A stretch of 64,000 bases of DNA, taken from assembly GCA_001643675.2 (NCBI GenBank), contig LSRY02000010.1, positions 1,860,001 to 1,924,000 of the forward strand. The letters are read 5' to 3'. Every line of letters starts with the position of its first letter. Position 1 is the first letter of the stretch. The DNA is from Monocercomonoides exilis PA203 (lineage: Eukaryota; Protista; Preaxostyla). The position numbers and the translations under genes are program-made. Positions 24,938 through 37,197 of the stretch are shown here, one piece after another. The notes under the pieces were generated by a model that was not told where the DNA came from, did no database searches, and worked only from the letters and a program-made list of their open reading frames with translations.

Positions 24938-26417
24938 GAACATCAAAAGAACTGAAGCATTTTAATTGATAATTGTAATTCAAGTCCGTATTATTTAGCT
25001 GAACGGTTGCAAGAATAGCTGAGATTTGCTTTTTCCCCATTCGGTTTATTTTTATTTTTTATAATGCTTGCTTTTGAATTCTTTATATGTATTATGTTTT
25101 TTACAATTACTTATTCAAATCCAGATCAATAATTTTTATGTATGTTTCAGAGTTAAAAGATTATTTTAGCTCAATTTTTATATTACACTTTTCTCGTTTT
25201 TTACAATTGAGTACTGTTATTACAAATATTTGTTTAATAATTTTTCTAATGAAATCCTCTTTTCTTCATATTTATATTTTTATTTTTATTTTTATTTTTA
25301 TTTTTATTTTTGACATTTCTTTAAAAAAAACATTTGGTGAACCAGTTGAAATGCATCAGTTCGAATAATCTCTTTAATGGTAATTAAAAATAACTTTTTA
25401 TCAAACTTTATTATTATTACAAAGGAAGAAAAAGAGACTCTGTTAGAATAGAAATCAAAGTTAATAGAAAATAATTTACTAAATTTCCAGTAATAATATT
25501 TGAAAAAATTCGTTTGCTATATGTGAGTGATTTTTCTTAAATAATATTAAAATTTTTTGAAAGCGAAACACAAAAATTAAAAATATTCATATATATATCT
25601 GAAAAATTTTTTTGTGCAAATGCATTCAATTCGAATTCTGGTTTTGTTAAAGAGTGATGGATGGTGTGATAAAATGAATTTTTTATTGTTTAATTGATGA
25701 TTCTGTTTTTTATCTTTTTTCAATCCAGATAAAAATTCAACTTTCTCATTCAAAGAAAACTTTTTTTTCGGGCAAATGAACATTCATGTATTTTATTTTA
25801 AATATCCACTTTATTATGTCAAAACAGGAAAAAATTACATTGAGTTATTCATGACAACATGAAACTCAGACAGTAAATGACTGAATATGACGTGCTTATT
25901 ACCAGTTTGGTTTAATAGTTTTTATCCTTCTCAACTTCTATTTGTCGAATATTATTATTTGCAACATTCAGAATTGAAAACTTTATACCTTTTTTTTTCA
26001 TTTTATTTAATTATTATTTGAGATCTGTCTTTGTAATTCATATTCGTTATTCTTTTTTAAAAGTTGCAAATGTTTAATACAAAACATTTTCGTATTTGCT
26101 TATCTTGATCAAACTTCTGTTCCCTCTCGGAATCCACACAAGATTGATCGAAATACAGTCACTCATCGTTCATGTTTATTGTTAAATGTTGTCAACAATA
26201 ATTCTTGAATCATTATAGTTGTTTCGGTTAAACTGATTTTTCAATCTTTTCAATGGAAAAGCCTTTGGAATAATCATCTTTTATTTTATCTTTATTTGAA
26301 ACAGTTTTTACAGGATTCATTCCGAAATAAGACCTCCACTTCTTTTCATTTTTCTTGTCTCGAAACCCTTCAAAAACAAAAGTTTCATTAATTCGTTCCT
26401 TCTTCGACGCTTGCAAA

Positions 26418-27665
26418 ATGAGAAAAGTCAAAATTCCTTCTAACGTGCGAATTGCATCGGCGCTCAACTGCACACCGAGCCTTGTCTGCCAGATTCGAAC
26501 CTAATATATAAGGAAAAAGGTGATTGAGAAAAAAAACATGTTGATGACTCGAAAGCAAGAAAAATGAGTCAAGGAAATACTGGAAAATTTGAGAGATAAA
26601 GGAAAGCAAATCACTACGAAAACGCTGAGAGTCGTTGTTGCAAAAGTTTGGCACAAAACGCCTTCTCACAATTTTCATTCTTCATTCATTAAAAGGCATA
26701 GCGAGGAATTGATGGTCGTCTCTTCAAGCGTGAGAGACGAAAAAAGAATGAAAATATCGGAACAAAGCATAATCACTTGGAAAAATCATTTGGTTCAATA
26801 TGTGTGTGGAAAATATTCATCCATGATCTTCTGTGCTGATGAATCAGGTTATCATGCCTATGAAGACACAAGAAAGGTGAACCTAACAGTCGGAACAAAT
26901 GAAAATCGTGTTATTGATCACATGCATGTTGACAGAGGATAAAAAAGGTTATCATTGCTTCATTGTATTTCACTTGATGGAACATTTGTTCCTCCCTGTT
27001 TTCTGGTGCAAAAACCATTCAACATAAGATCTTTTCAGTCTCTTGGTTACCAAATCGGAATTCTTGGTTGTGTGGAAATTGAAAAATCGTATTATTTCAC
27101 AAAGAAGATGTATGAAAACTGGATTGAGAAAGTTTTCATTCCTCATGTCAACATAAAAAGCATGATTTTGCCAGATACACATGCACAAGCAGTGTTGATG
27201 CTTGATGGGTGCCGAATACACCTGTCGGACAACATATTGACTCGACCAGCCAAAGAAAATATATTGCTTTTGGTTTCACCTCCGAACACAACACACTTGT
27301 TGCAGTCTTTGGATATATTAATTTTCTCTCTCTGGAAGCTTCATATTCAACAGGTCAGGTTTGGTTCAACACACGACAGCGTAAAATAACTTTTTTGGGT
27401 TAGAATGAACGTAATATTACAAGTTTCTTCATCGATAAACATTTTTTCTGCTTCTAATGAAAGTGGACTTGTTAATGATTTTCATAAAGCTCCTTCAACA
27501 GCTCAGATTTTCGAAGAAAGCTTCCAAAAAGTGAACGAAATTGTGAAATTGGACAATAAATCATTGCCGCTTTCATGTACAAGAAAAACAAGACAAACAA
27601 AGGGAGGGGAATGGGGAATAATGAACATCGACAGAATTTCAGTTTATTTTGGACTTCCGCAATAA
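26418..27665 (+). mobile_element. Defective pogo/Tc5-like (DDE_1, DD35D) DNA transposase
   Basis: One reading frame encodes an HTH-like SNVRIASALNCTPSLVCQIR, a CENP-B-like segment, IFCADESG, LHCISLDG, LMLDGCRIH and PPNTTHLLQSLD, with 35 residues between the 2nd and 3rd Asp. Four in-frame stops (26502, 26565, 26940, 27387). I could not identify TIRs. Confidence 0.85.
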
Positions 27666-28444
27666 ACAACACTTGGCGAACAATTGATATGTGTAAGAGT
27701 TTTTTTCATTCATATTTCATGGAGCATTTCAAAAAAAACATTATAAAATAAACAAAATATTCACCAAATCTTTGTTTTTCTTAATTTCAATAATACAAAA
27801 AGAATTAACAATTAACAAGAACAGTAAGTATCTGTAACATTTTCAAGTTGGAAATACCAATTCATTGAAGGAATGTGAGCGGGAACAGAAATTTGATCTG
27901 GAAATGAAAATTTGAAAATAAAACACTTACGACTTTTCAAAAACAATGACACGTATGGGGCTAAATATTTAGCTTCAGGCATTTTCATTAAAAACTTATT
28001 CACTTTTAATTGACTTTGAGAGAATAAAAAACATTATAAAAATGGGTTCATTTTTTGACATTCGTGAAATGTTGGAAATTTTGATGATTTGATTTCAACG
28101 ATGCATGTTAACGGATATTAAAATTAAATTTATTCTGAAATCTGAAAAAGCGAAATTAAGTTATAAGTGAAACAATTTTTTCGTGCATTGTGCATAAAAA
28201 GCTTGTAAGTCCATATTTTCCCCCATTTCAAAATTAGAGATGGAAAGAAAAAGTTATTTATCATTTAAAGTTTTTTGAATTGTTAAATAAACCTTGAAAG
28301 TCTGTAATTTTTTTCCAATGCAATAAATTATCACTATGATGAAGTCAAAAAAATGAATTGAAGTCGATGTCACTTCATTCTTTTGTTACAAGAGCCCACA
28401 GTTATTCGTTGAATTAATAACATACAGTTCGAATTTTCTGTTTA

Positions 28445-28582
28445 ATAAAAAAATAAAAATAAAAATAAAAATAAAAATAAAAAATAAAAAAGGAAAAAGG
28501 AAAAAGGAAATAGGAAAAAGGAAAAAGGAAAAAGGAAAAAAGAAAAAAGTAAAAAGAAAAAGGAAAAAGGAAAAAGGAAAAA
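28445..28582. repeat. (AAAAAT)n followed by (GGAAAAA)n tandem repeats, intergenic
   Basis: Directly visible. Confidence 0.85.
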
Positions 28583-29164
28583 TCCTAAAGATTCGAAGGG
28601 ATTTTGATAATGTTGTGTGAAACAAATTTCATCAAAAAATTTTTTTCCCATTTTGAAATTAATCTCTAAAAAAAAATGCTTTGGCACGTAAAATTATTCT
28701 ATTTGAATTTTGTTCCACACTCATTGATTTCAAATGTTTTTGTTTTTTAATTTTAAAATATTTTTCTATGTGAATGAAAGATTTATAATGATATGATTCG
28801 GAGATAGCTTGGGATGAAACGTTGATTTTTAATAAATGCAAGAATTATGCACCATTTTTTAAATGAAAACTGATTGAATTATTGCTTTCATCCATTACAC
28901 CACCAAATATTTATGTTATTTTAATTTTTTTTAAAAAACAATTTGCATTTATAGAATTCCTGAATAAAAATACAATTCAAAAAGAATACAATCTTGAATC
29001 AAATTAAAAACATTTTAATTCAATTTCAAAACTTTAAAAAGAGAATAAAAAAGCATCAAATTAAACAAACAATTGTTGTTCAAAAAAAGAAAAAAAAGAT
29101 ACCAGCCATGAATCATATGATATGATGTTCAAATTTTTAACATTTTCGGATTGGATTCATAGAA

Positions 29165-31690
29165 TCACATTGAAACTTGATCAGAAGATGAGGAAATGGC
29201 TGCAGAAGTTGTGATTGAAGTGGGTGACTGTGTAGCAATTGTGATGTGCATTGCATTAATTTCTTTGACTGCAGTGTTACATTCATCATGCATCTTTGTG
29301 GTTGATGATTCTCTTTCTGCAATTGTTAGAGCTGAGTAAAGATAAAAAATATAGATTTGGTAATAATGCATTTCATCATAAAAAAGTGCAAAATTTGCAT
29401 ATCAACTGTCAATAAAGAAAATAAAAAATCAACAAACAATGTTGCAATTCATATATTTGTCTATAATGAGCCTTCACTCTCTTTTCGAGAGTTTCCAACT
29501 GTAAAATAGGCTTATCTACTTTCGCTCTTTCCTTCATTTCATCCACTTCTGCCGAAACAGCTTCAGCAGTTTCTCTCATCCTCTCCATTCGGCGCGAGAG
29601 ATGCTGCTCTTCGCGTGCCAACTCCTCTCCGCTGATCTTGAACTTTTCCCTCAGAGCATCCAAATTACTGTACAGCTTGATTTCTTCCTGCGCAGTCTTT
29701 GTGGATTGCGCGAGTGACTCTAGCTCATTTGTTAGTGTTTGCTCCATCGTCTTCATTTGCTCCAAATCTGCTTTCCTCTTTGCCAAATCTGTTATTTTGA
29801 TTGGAAAAATGGTTTAATAGAATAAGTATTCAACAACGAAAATAGATACAGAAAATACAAAAATTTTCATTGAAATAAAAAACGAGGATTATCAACTCAA
29901 AACATTTTCTAAATTCTGAACATCAAACCTTGTTTCAGCTGTTCTCTTGTGTTGATTGCGCTTTCTGCCTGCCCCCGTTTGAATTCCAAATCGTCCTGTG
30001 TCTGTGCAACCTCGTCTGTTGTGAAGAGAGCATTGGAATGCTTCAGTCCTTTCGAAATGTGCAGCAGCAGATTCACAATCGTCTCCTGGTGGGCAACTTT
30101 CTTGTCTTCTTCCTCTTTCCTTGCAGTGTTGAACGAGGCCATCCAGTCATCCACCTCGCGCTCTTTCTCCACAAGCTTCTGTAGATCCGATCGGAGTTTC
30201 TCTTCGTCCTCTTTCTTCATTTCGTCCATTCCAACCTTCAGCAGCTCCTTTCGCAGATCTGCCATTGCTTTTTCTTCCTGCTGAGTCAGTTCTTCATACT
30301 CCTTAGTCTTCACATTCCCTTCTCTCATTTTTCGCTTAACGGTTTCTTTGTCGTCGCCTGGAAGGATCGCCAGTTCGAGCACCGATGGGTCGCTTTCTGA
30401 TATTCCCCCACCCATTCCTAGTTCATCGTCTAACTCCTGCGACCGTCGCTGCAATCGCTCCAGTTTTTGTCGCAGTGCCATTCCACGCTTTCTCCGCGGG
30501 TCTGCCCCAACCTCATCCTCCATCTTCTTCAGACGCTGCATGGCTGAGTCGATTTGTGCCTGGAGGTCTGACTTCTCAAGCTCCAAACGCTCTTTTTCTT
30601 CGAGCATTGCATGATATCCCTCTTGCTCTTGAGGCGTCTGATAAAATAGAAAAATTTCATTACAAAATATTGAAAAAACCGATTAATTTGATTCCAAAAT
30701 TAAAAAAAAATTACAAAATATAAATGATGATATTGATTTTTTGCAAAGAATTAATTAACATACGAGTTGGCTTACAATTTGTTCGAATTCTTCTTGCCTT
30801 CTTTCTATTTCATCTTCAGAACGTTTTATCTCATCCAAAACTCTGTTAAAACATCAATGAAAATCAAATATTTTCAAAAATTAACAGATTGCCATTTAAA
30901 AATTTAATTGATAATAATTATAAAATAGTTGTGTTATACTCTTCTTTTCGAGTAAATATCTTGTCCACTTCATTTCTCATCCTTTCATTTTTGGATGCAA
31001 GAACAGATGTCTCTTCTTGTTTTTTGTTAAGCTCGTTCTTTAGTAAGTAAATTCATGAATTAAAGTTTGCTTTAGGAAATAATAAATATTCACAAAATTA
31101 CAAACATCAACATCTTGCTCACTTAATCCACCTAAATAGACACGTTGTTCAGCAAGTTCATTAACTGCATTCATATCTTGTAAATCCTGATACAATTCTT
31201 TTATTTGTATTCCCTGATCTTGTAATCTTTTTCATAGTGACAAATTAAAACAAAACAAATAGATTTGATCGCAACACACTGTTTTCGAAGTTGTTGAAGT
31301 CTAATTCCATCATCTTGACGGGCAATCATATCGTCATTGAGTCTGTCAATTTCCTTCTGTATTTCATTCATTTTATTTCGTATTTGGACAGAGTAGATAT
31401 TCTTTTCAGGAATAACTGCTCCTCCTCCAATTCCACCTTCATAGAAAATATCATTCCGAAAAGAATTGCAAATATTAATCAAAATTTAATTTTTTGTACG
31501 AATGAAAACCTCCAACTGTTGCACCAATTCCAGCGGCAGTTGTCAGACGTGCGCCTTGTCCGCGAATTCCACTTCCGGGGCGGCCTGGAATAACTCCACG
31601 TGTTCCCGTTCCAGGCCTTCCTCCACCCGTCGGTGGTCTTGCAAGGCCACTTCCAGCAAGTCGTTGTCCTGTTGGCGGTCTGTATGACAT
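29165..31690 (-). CDS. IFT74: Intraflagellar transport protein 74, multi-exon
   Basis: Basic N-terminus MSYRPPTG...RPPTGGGRPGTG...RPGSG...RLTT is typical of IFT74. Long coiled coils follow, including QIRNKMNEIQKEIDRL, IKELYQDLQDMN, QETIVNLLLHISK, DDLEFK, YSNLDALR and QLETLEKR. The last exon (TIAERESS...EINAMHI) ends at 29165. Confidence 0.88.
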
Positions 31691-31805
31691 TTTGATTTTT
31701 TCACTGACTCTCCCATATCAATATGTTATTGATCAATTATTTTTTTTTTTCAAAATCTTTGTTGGAATAACATTTTTTGAAATGATAAATACTCTAAAAA
31801 AACAA

Positions 31806-33256
31806 CTAAGGAATAACTTCAAGGCTGTATTGTTCAGCAGGATATGTAAACGGCTCTCTTTCTATTTTCCCAGATTTAAGAAGACCTTTCACAACTGGGA
31901 AAACTCTAATCAATTCATTTATCAGATGTCTAATTGTCAAATTGCACACAACACGATGATAGTTTCCGCCCCAATATTTAGTGTGATTGCAGTATGTGCA
32001 TCGACCTCCACACAGATCAGCAATGTCGCACTCAGTGCAGGGCGGTGTAAACTTCAATTTCCCGCAAAGCGACGCACGTGGGTCAGCCACTTCTTTAAAG
32101 TCATCGCTCAGCATGTTCCACTTTTCCCCAACGCCACAAGGGCATCCGGCAATTTTCCCGTCTGTAGCGATAGAGAAGGCATTGTAGCCAATACCGCAGC
32201 GCAATGGACGAAGAGGACGGGGGTCAGGTCTTACCATTGTTTCAGGAGAAGAAGATGATGAAGGAGTTGCTGAGGAAGATGCACGTGCAGCTGCAGCAGC
32301 TAGCTTCTCTTTTTTCATTTCTTCTTTTGCTTTCTTGACAGCTGGCAACAGATCTTCAATGTCGAATTCATCTTCTGTCTCTTCTTCTTCAATTTCTTCG
32401 GGACCTGTCCATATACGAGGCTCAATAACTTCACCCTTTTCATCCATTTCAAGCATTGACTCAGTGAGACTCAAAAATGGAACGATTCCCATCACTTTGC
32501 CTTCTGTTTCCATAACCCTGATCCATTCATTAACTAATTTCGTAATACCTGGATTATAACTCTCACGAACCCATGTTTCAAATGTATCTCTCATTGGCGC
32601 ATCAAAGCCTACGTTAAGTTGCCAATAAAAGTGTGTGAACGGAATCGTCGGGTGATGCAAGAGATGCATCGCAGAAGCAAAAATATCATTTCCTTCCATT
32701 GCACAGCCACGAGCAACCAAATTGCGAATCCGTCCCTTTTCCAAAGCTGCTTTACACCCCGCGATGCATTTATCGTACGTTCCAGCCCCGCGATTTCTAT
32801 CTACAGTCTCTTTATCACCGTCAATTGAAACGAGTATTGATGCAAATTGTTCAAGTTGAGCTCTTGATAATCTATCTAATAATGTTGCATTTGTTTGTAA
32901 AACAAAATTAGCATCAACTTGCTCTAACAATTGAGCCACAAAAGGAAGATTTATCAAGGGTTCTCCTCCATAAAGAACAAGAGTCGGCTTTTCCTTGCTA
33001 ACCTTAACGTCTTTTTCTAAAAAGGCTTGCAGTTCCTCGACTGTATAAGTTGGTTTTAATGGCATGCACATTTCCTCTGGATCATTTCCACAATCTTGAG
33101 AGTTTTTTATTGATAATTATTGGAATCAAAAAAGCATTATAAAAATAAATGCATTACGATAAACAATCATGCAATAGGAATAGTCAATTTATAAATCAGC
33201 AACACACATGTACAATGCAGATTACACCCAGTAGTTGTGAAAATAAAATAAATCAT
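31806..33256 (-). CDS. Radical SAM/SPASM-domain enzyme, AF0577 (TIGR04084)-like putative peptide-modifying family; 2 exons (33256-33208, 33094-31806), ~445 aa
   Basis: Removing the GT-AG intron at 33095-33207 gives MIYFIFTTTGCNLHCTYCG (CxxxCxxC). Further motifs: YGGEPL, FVLQTNATLL, LVSIDG, RGAGTY, FYWQLN, SPASM cysteines (RCGIG...DGKIAGCP; CTECDIADLCGGRC) and C-terminal LEVIP. Confidence 0.9.
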
Positions 33257-33341
33257 GATTTTGTGGAATTAGAATTAAAACCTATGGGAGAATTAGTTCA
33301 AAGAGTTTTTCGTTCGATTTTTCACGATCATAACGAAATAA
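33257..33341. promoter_or_regulatory. Putative 85-bp bidirectional promoter between the radical SAM gene and DRC3
   Basis: Head-to-head ATGs at 33256 (-) and 33342 (+), only 85 bp apart. Confidence 0.55.
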
Positions 33342-36012
33342 ATGGCAACTCTCGATGCAATAAACCGTAAAAAAAGCAAAACTCTTGATCCAGAGTCAGT
33401 TATTAGAGTCATTAACGAGGAATTGGTAGCAAAAAGCGTTGCGAAACAAAAAATTATTGTTGATAAATTATCATTGACTCCTTCAATAATTTTATCATTT
33501 AAAAGTGTGCAACAATATTAATAAATATTGTTTAAACGTTCAATTTTATTAATATAACTCTTTAACAAACCGAAAAGAAATTAGAAAAATTGAAAATTTG
33601 GATGGATATTCTAAACTTACAACGCTTAAACTCGATAACAATAACATTACAGTAATAGAAAATCTTTCATCGCTTGTATCTCTCGAGTTATTAGGTCTGC
33701 TATGCTACCAAACTTCATTTTTTGAAATTGTAATTTTTTCCAATAAAGATCTTTCATTTAATCAAATCTCTGAAATTCCAACTGAAGGAGGATTAGAAAC
33801 CTTAGTTAACCTTAAAGAGTTATCACTATTTTCCAACAAAATTAAGGATATAACTCCACTCGCTCAACTCACTTCACTTCAAATTCTTTCAGTTGGAGAT
33901 AATGAAATTGATGAAATGGAAAAGGCATGCAATCAAAATTTAACAAATTCAATTATTCTCATTTCCTCTTCCATTTTAATTAACTTTTTTTAGATCAAAC
34001 CACTTCGTACTCTGAAACACCTTCAATCATTAACATTGATTGGCAATCCACTTACAAAGGATTCTGATTACGCAACATTTGTTCTTGCATATCTTTCATA
34101 CCCGCTTCTCCAAGCAGGAAGCAGCTCGAGTGCATCATCAGCGTCGTCAGGCGCAATGATGGCTGCATTGGATGGGGGAGAGAAAGGGCGAGGAAGAATT
34201 GGAGGCGGAAGCGACGGAGGGATGATGGGAACAGCAGGAGCGATGCTGAGTGAGACGCTCGGTGGAGGAAACAGCGGAAGCAGTGGGGCGCAGATTGGAG
34301 GAGGCAGCAGCGCCAGCGGAGGAGCAGGCGGAATGGTGGGGCGGACAGGGGCAGTGCTGGAGGCAGCAAACGACCCGGCAGTTGTTGGGGCAGGAGGAAT
34401 ATCGACTGGGATGATCACGATGAGCACGCCTGTTGATATTTCACTGGCAGCAGCTGAAAGAGGAGGGCTTGTGTCGCTGAGAGGAGGGCAGGCTATCAGA
34501 ACACTGGCATATTTGGACTATAAAATGGTGAATGTGGATGCAGTGATTCGAGCTCGTGAGCTTTATGGAGAAGATCTGGCGAAGTTGGAACAAGAAGTAT
34601 GTCAATTTTAATTTGAAATGACGAATATAAATAAATTGAACAATATTAAAAAAAATTTTTTTAAAATTCTCACTTCAAATGCTTTCTTTCCCACAGGATT
34701 TGAATGCTGAGCTGGCGAAAGAGGCAAGTGCTGCGCTGGAGAAGCAGAAGGAACTTGCGCGTGCTGCGAACTTTGAAGGGCTGGATGTGTTCTTCCAGGA
34801 GATGGTGGAGAACGACCAGGAGTATCAGACGAAGCTGAAGTATGTGCGCGTGGTAGATGCATGCTTAGCAGAATATCGCACAGAATGTGCTGCTGTTATT
34901 GATGAGTTCAAACAGTACATGGCTGGGCAGCTGGATCTCAGGGTATGTTATCCTTCTATTGGACAATAATTGAAATGAACAATCTATTTTGTTTAATCTT
35001 TATTTATTCCTCTCCAAAGCGCAAAGAAGAGGAGGAGATGAACTATGCGATGAATGTGATTGAAGAGCAGGCAGTGTCAACATCGCAGGAGATTCTTGCG
35101 AAGTTCAGCAAGCTGCGGAAGGGGATCACAGCACAACTGGAAGCAGCGCTGGTGGATGGACCGACGAGTGCGAATGACTCGCTTCTGTCGCCAGAGACGA
35201 TGAAGCAGCTGGAAGATGCGAACGAGGCGCTGCTGAAGGAGCTGATGGAGATTGAGGAGCATCGTGTGGAGCAGGCAGAGTCCATCCTCGACCAATACGG
35301 CGCGAAGCTGAAGGAGATGTTTGCCACGACGAAAGACCGCATCCAGCTGGACTTTCAGAATTTGGTGCGGCTGGAGACGAGAGAGGCCGAGCTGATGGCA
35401 GCCGACGCGATGAGAGAGTCGGAGCGGATAAGCGCGCCGGGCGGAGGCGGAAGCAGCGGCAGTGGGGCGTCTGCAGCAGGTGCTTCATCGGCAGCTGATG
35501 GCAGCAGCTCGGCGAGTGCAGCAGGAGGAGCACATGGCGCAGGGAGTGGCGATGAGGATGTGATGAGTGCGGAGGAGAAGGCAGTGCTCAGCGACAAGCC
35601 GAGCTTGCAGCAGTCGCTGAAGAACAGCAGCGAGTTCAGACAGGCGAAGATTCATGAGAAGGTGTGGTGGATTATTAATTCCTTATATAGATGCATATAT
35701 TACTTTGCATTTATTTTTAACATTATAACTTTGTGAATGAACAATTATTTCTGTTTATTTCTTTATATTTTCAGGAAGATGAGATTGTTGACAGAGAAAA
35801 GAAGACACGTGTCGATATGGAAAACAAAGCAAGAGAAGAAGAACACAAAAAGGTTTTGTTTTATTTCATTTAATTTTCTGAACAAATTGTCTTTTGTTGA
35901 ATATATTCTTTTTCTTTCTTAGAATCGCACACGGCTGATTGAGATATGGCATCATTATGATTCAGTCAATCAGTTTATCCAGCAAATCATGCAAGAAGAT
36001 ACACAACGCTGA
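33342..36012 (+). CDS. DRC3: Dynein regulatory complex subunit 3 (LRRC48), multi-exon
   Basis: Spliced N-terminus (VINEELV...LSFKKIRKIENL) is followed by SDS22-type LRRs (LKLDNNNI, DLSFNQI, LSLFSNKI, LSVGDNEI). LRR cap GNP...YATFVLAYL...LAYLDY, then a coiled-coil C-half (LMEIE...EQ; NRTRLIEI). Stop TGA at 36010-36012. Confidence 0.82.
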
Positions 36013-36576
36013 AACATTTCATTCCTTTCTTTTTTTGTCTATCTTCCATTCTCATTTTATTTTATTTTATTTTATTTTATTTTATTTTTTTAAAGACTAC
36101 ATCATATTTTATGGTTAGCATCTTCATCCTCAAATTGCTTCTTATTCCACATTTTAAAAATCTCTTTCTCTGTTTTCCTCTTGTTTTGTTTTTATTCCAT
36201 CTAATGAATCAAATTAATAATACAACATAAGTCAAATAATAGAGACAAGAAAACATAGAAACTCACAATCATATTATGAAAAAGCAATCGAATATACTAA
36301 TACAGACATACTGAAATTGGAGTTTTTATTATAAAAAATTATTAAATTAAAGCAAAATAGAAACACAAATTACAATAATATTTTACTAATCATCCCCAAA
36401 ACTAGATAACAAACTACCAAGCAAACAAAAATTATAAGCCAATTAAAAAAAAAAAAGAAAGTTCGAATGAAAAAAATGCCTATGATTAAATGAAAAATAG
36501 TAGAAAACAAAAAGAAAAAATCGGAAAACATTTTTACAAATATTAATTTCTTTTTATTTATTCACTTAGGAAAACA

Positions 36577-37165
36577 TTAAATCAACATAGCCAAAGAATC
36601 GTCTGTGCGAGCAGAAGCTGTTGCGATGTCAGAAGTGATGACAAAGTCATCAAACGCATTTCCGCTTTCATTTGGCAGGATCGAAGAGTCAAACTCCCTC
36701 GGAGAAATAATCGCAGCAGACGGAGAAATAATTGCAGAGGAAGATGAATCAGCAGCTGGTAGAGAATAAACAGGAGCGATCTGATATTGTGTCTTGGCAG
36801 CTGTTCCTTTTGTGCCCTTTCCGCGTGGCTGGGAAAAGGAGGTGATGGAAGAAGATTGATGGAAAGGATTGCCAACAGAGGCACCTGAATGGAGTGGGGG
36901 AATATCCAAGTCTCGAGTGTGCTGATGGCGAGAGGGTTGAACAGGGAGTGGATAAGTCGATGAAGAAGAAGAAGAAGAAGAAGAAGAAGAAGAAGAAGAG
37001 GAGGAGGAGGAGGAAAAGGAAGAAGAGGATGTGGAAGAGGAAGAATTAGCAAAAAGTTGAGCAGTTCGTTGAATGCTGGGCAAATCTGGTGATTTTGTCT
37101 GTTCGTGTTCGTCTTCTCCAAAAGTGAATGAAGAAGCAGCAGCAGCAAAAGGATTGGAAAGAGAA

Positions 37166-37197
<32 letters not shown>

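Noticed and set aside
26418-27665. TAA/TAG = Gln recoding (as in some oxymonads and diplomonads) to explain the in-frame stops
   Set aside because: One stop is TGA, CAA codons are used normally, and conserved host genes here (GCN2, VPS4, P2, the radical SAM gene) end in TAA/TAG and have no internal TAR codons.
25800-28000. Terminal inverted repeats for the pogo element (e.g. GACACGTATGGGGCTA near 27948-27963)
   Set aside because: I could not find a matching inverted partner upstream by eye.
28445-28582. Possible telomeric repeat or CRISPR-like array
   Set aside because: It is a simple A-rich microsatellite with no spacers and no TTAGGG-type unit.
31692-32258. 188-aa plus-strand ORF as a candidate peptide substrate for the radical SAM enzyme
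   Set aside because: It is antisense to the SPASM domain, has a non-ATG start and shows no precursor-peptide features.
31806-33256. Prokaryotic contamination as the source of the radical SAM gene
   Set aside because: It has a spliceosomal intron and a host-style Ser/Ala low-complexity insert, and it is contiguous with IFT74 and DRC3.
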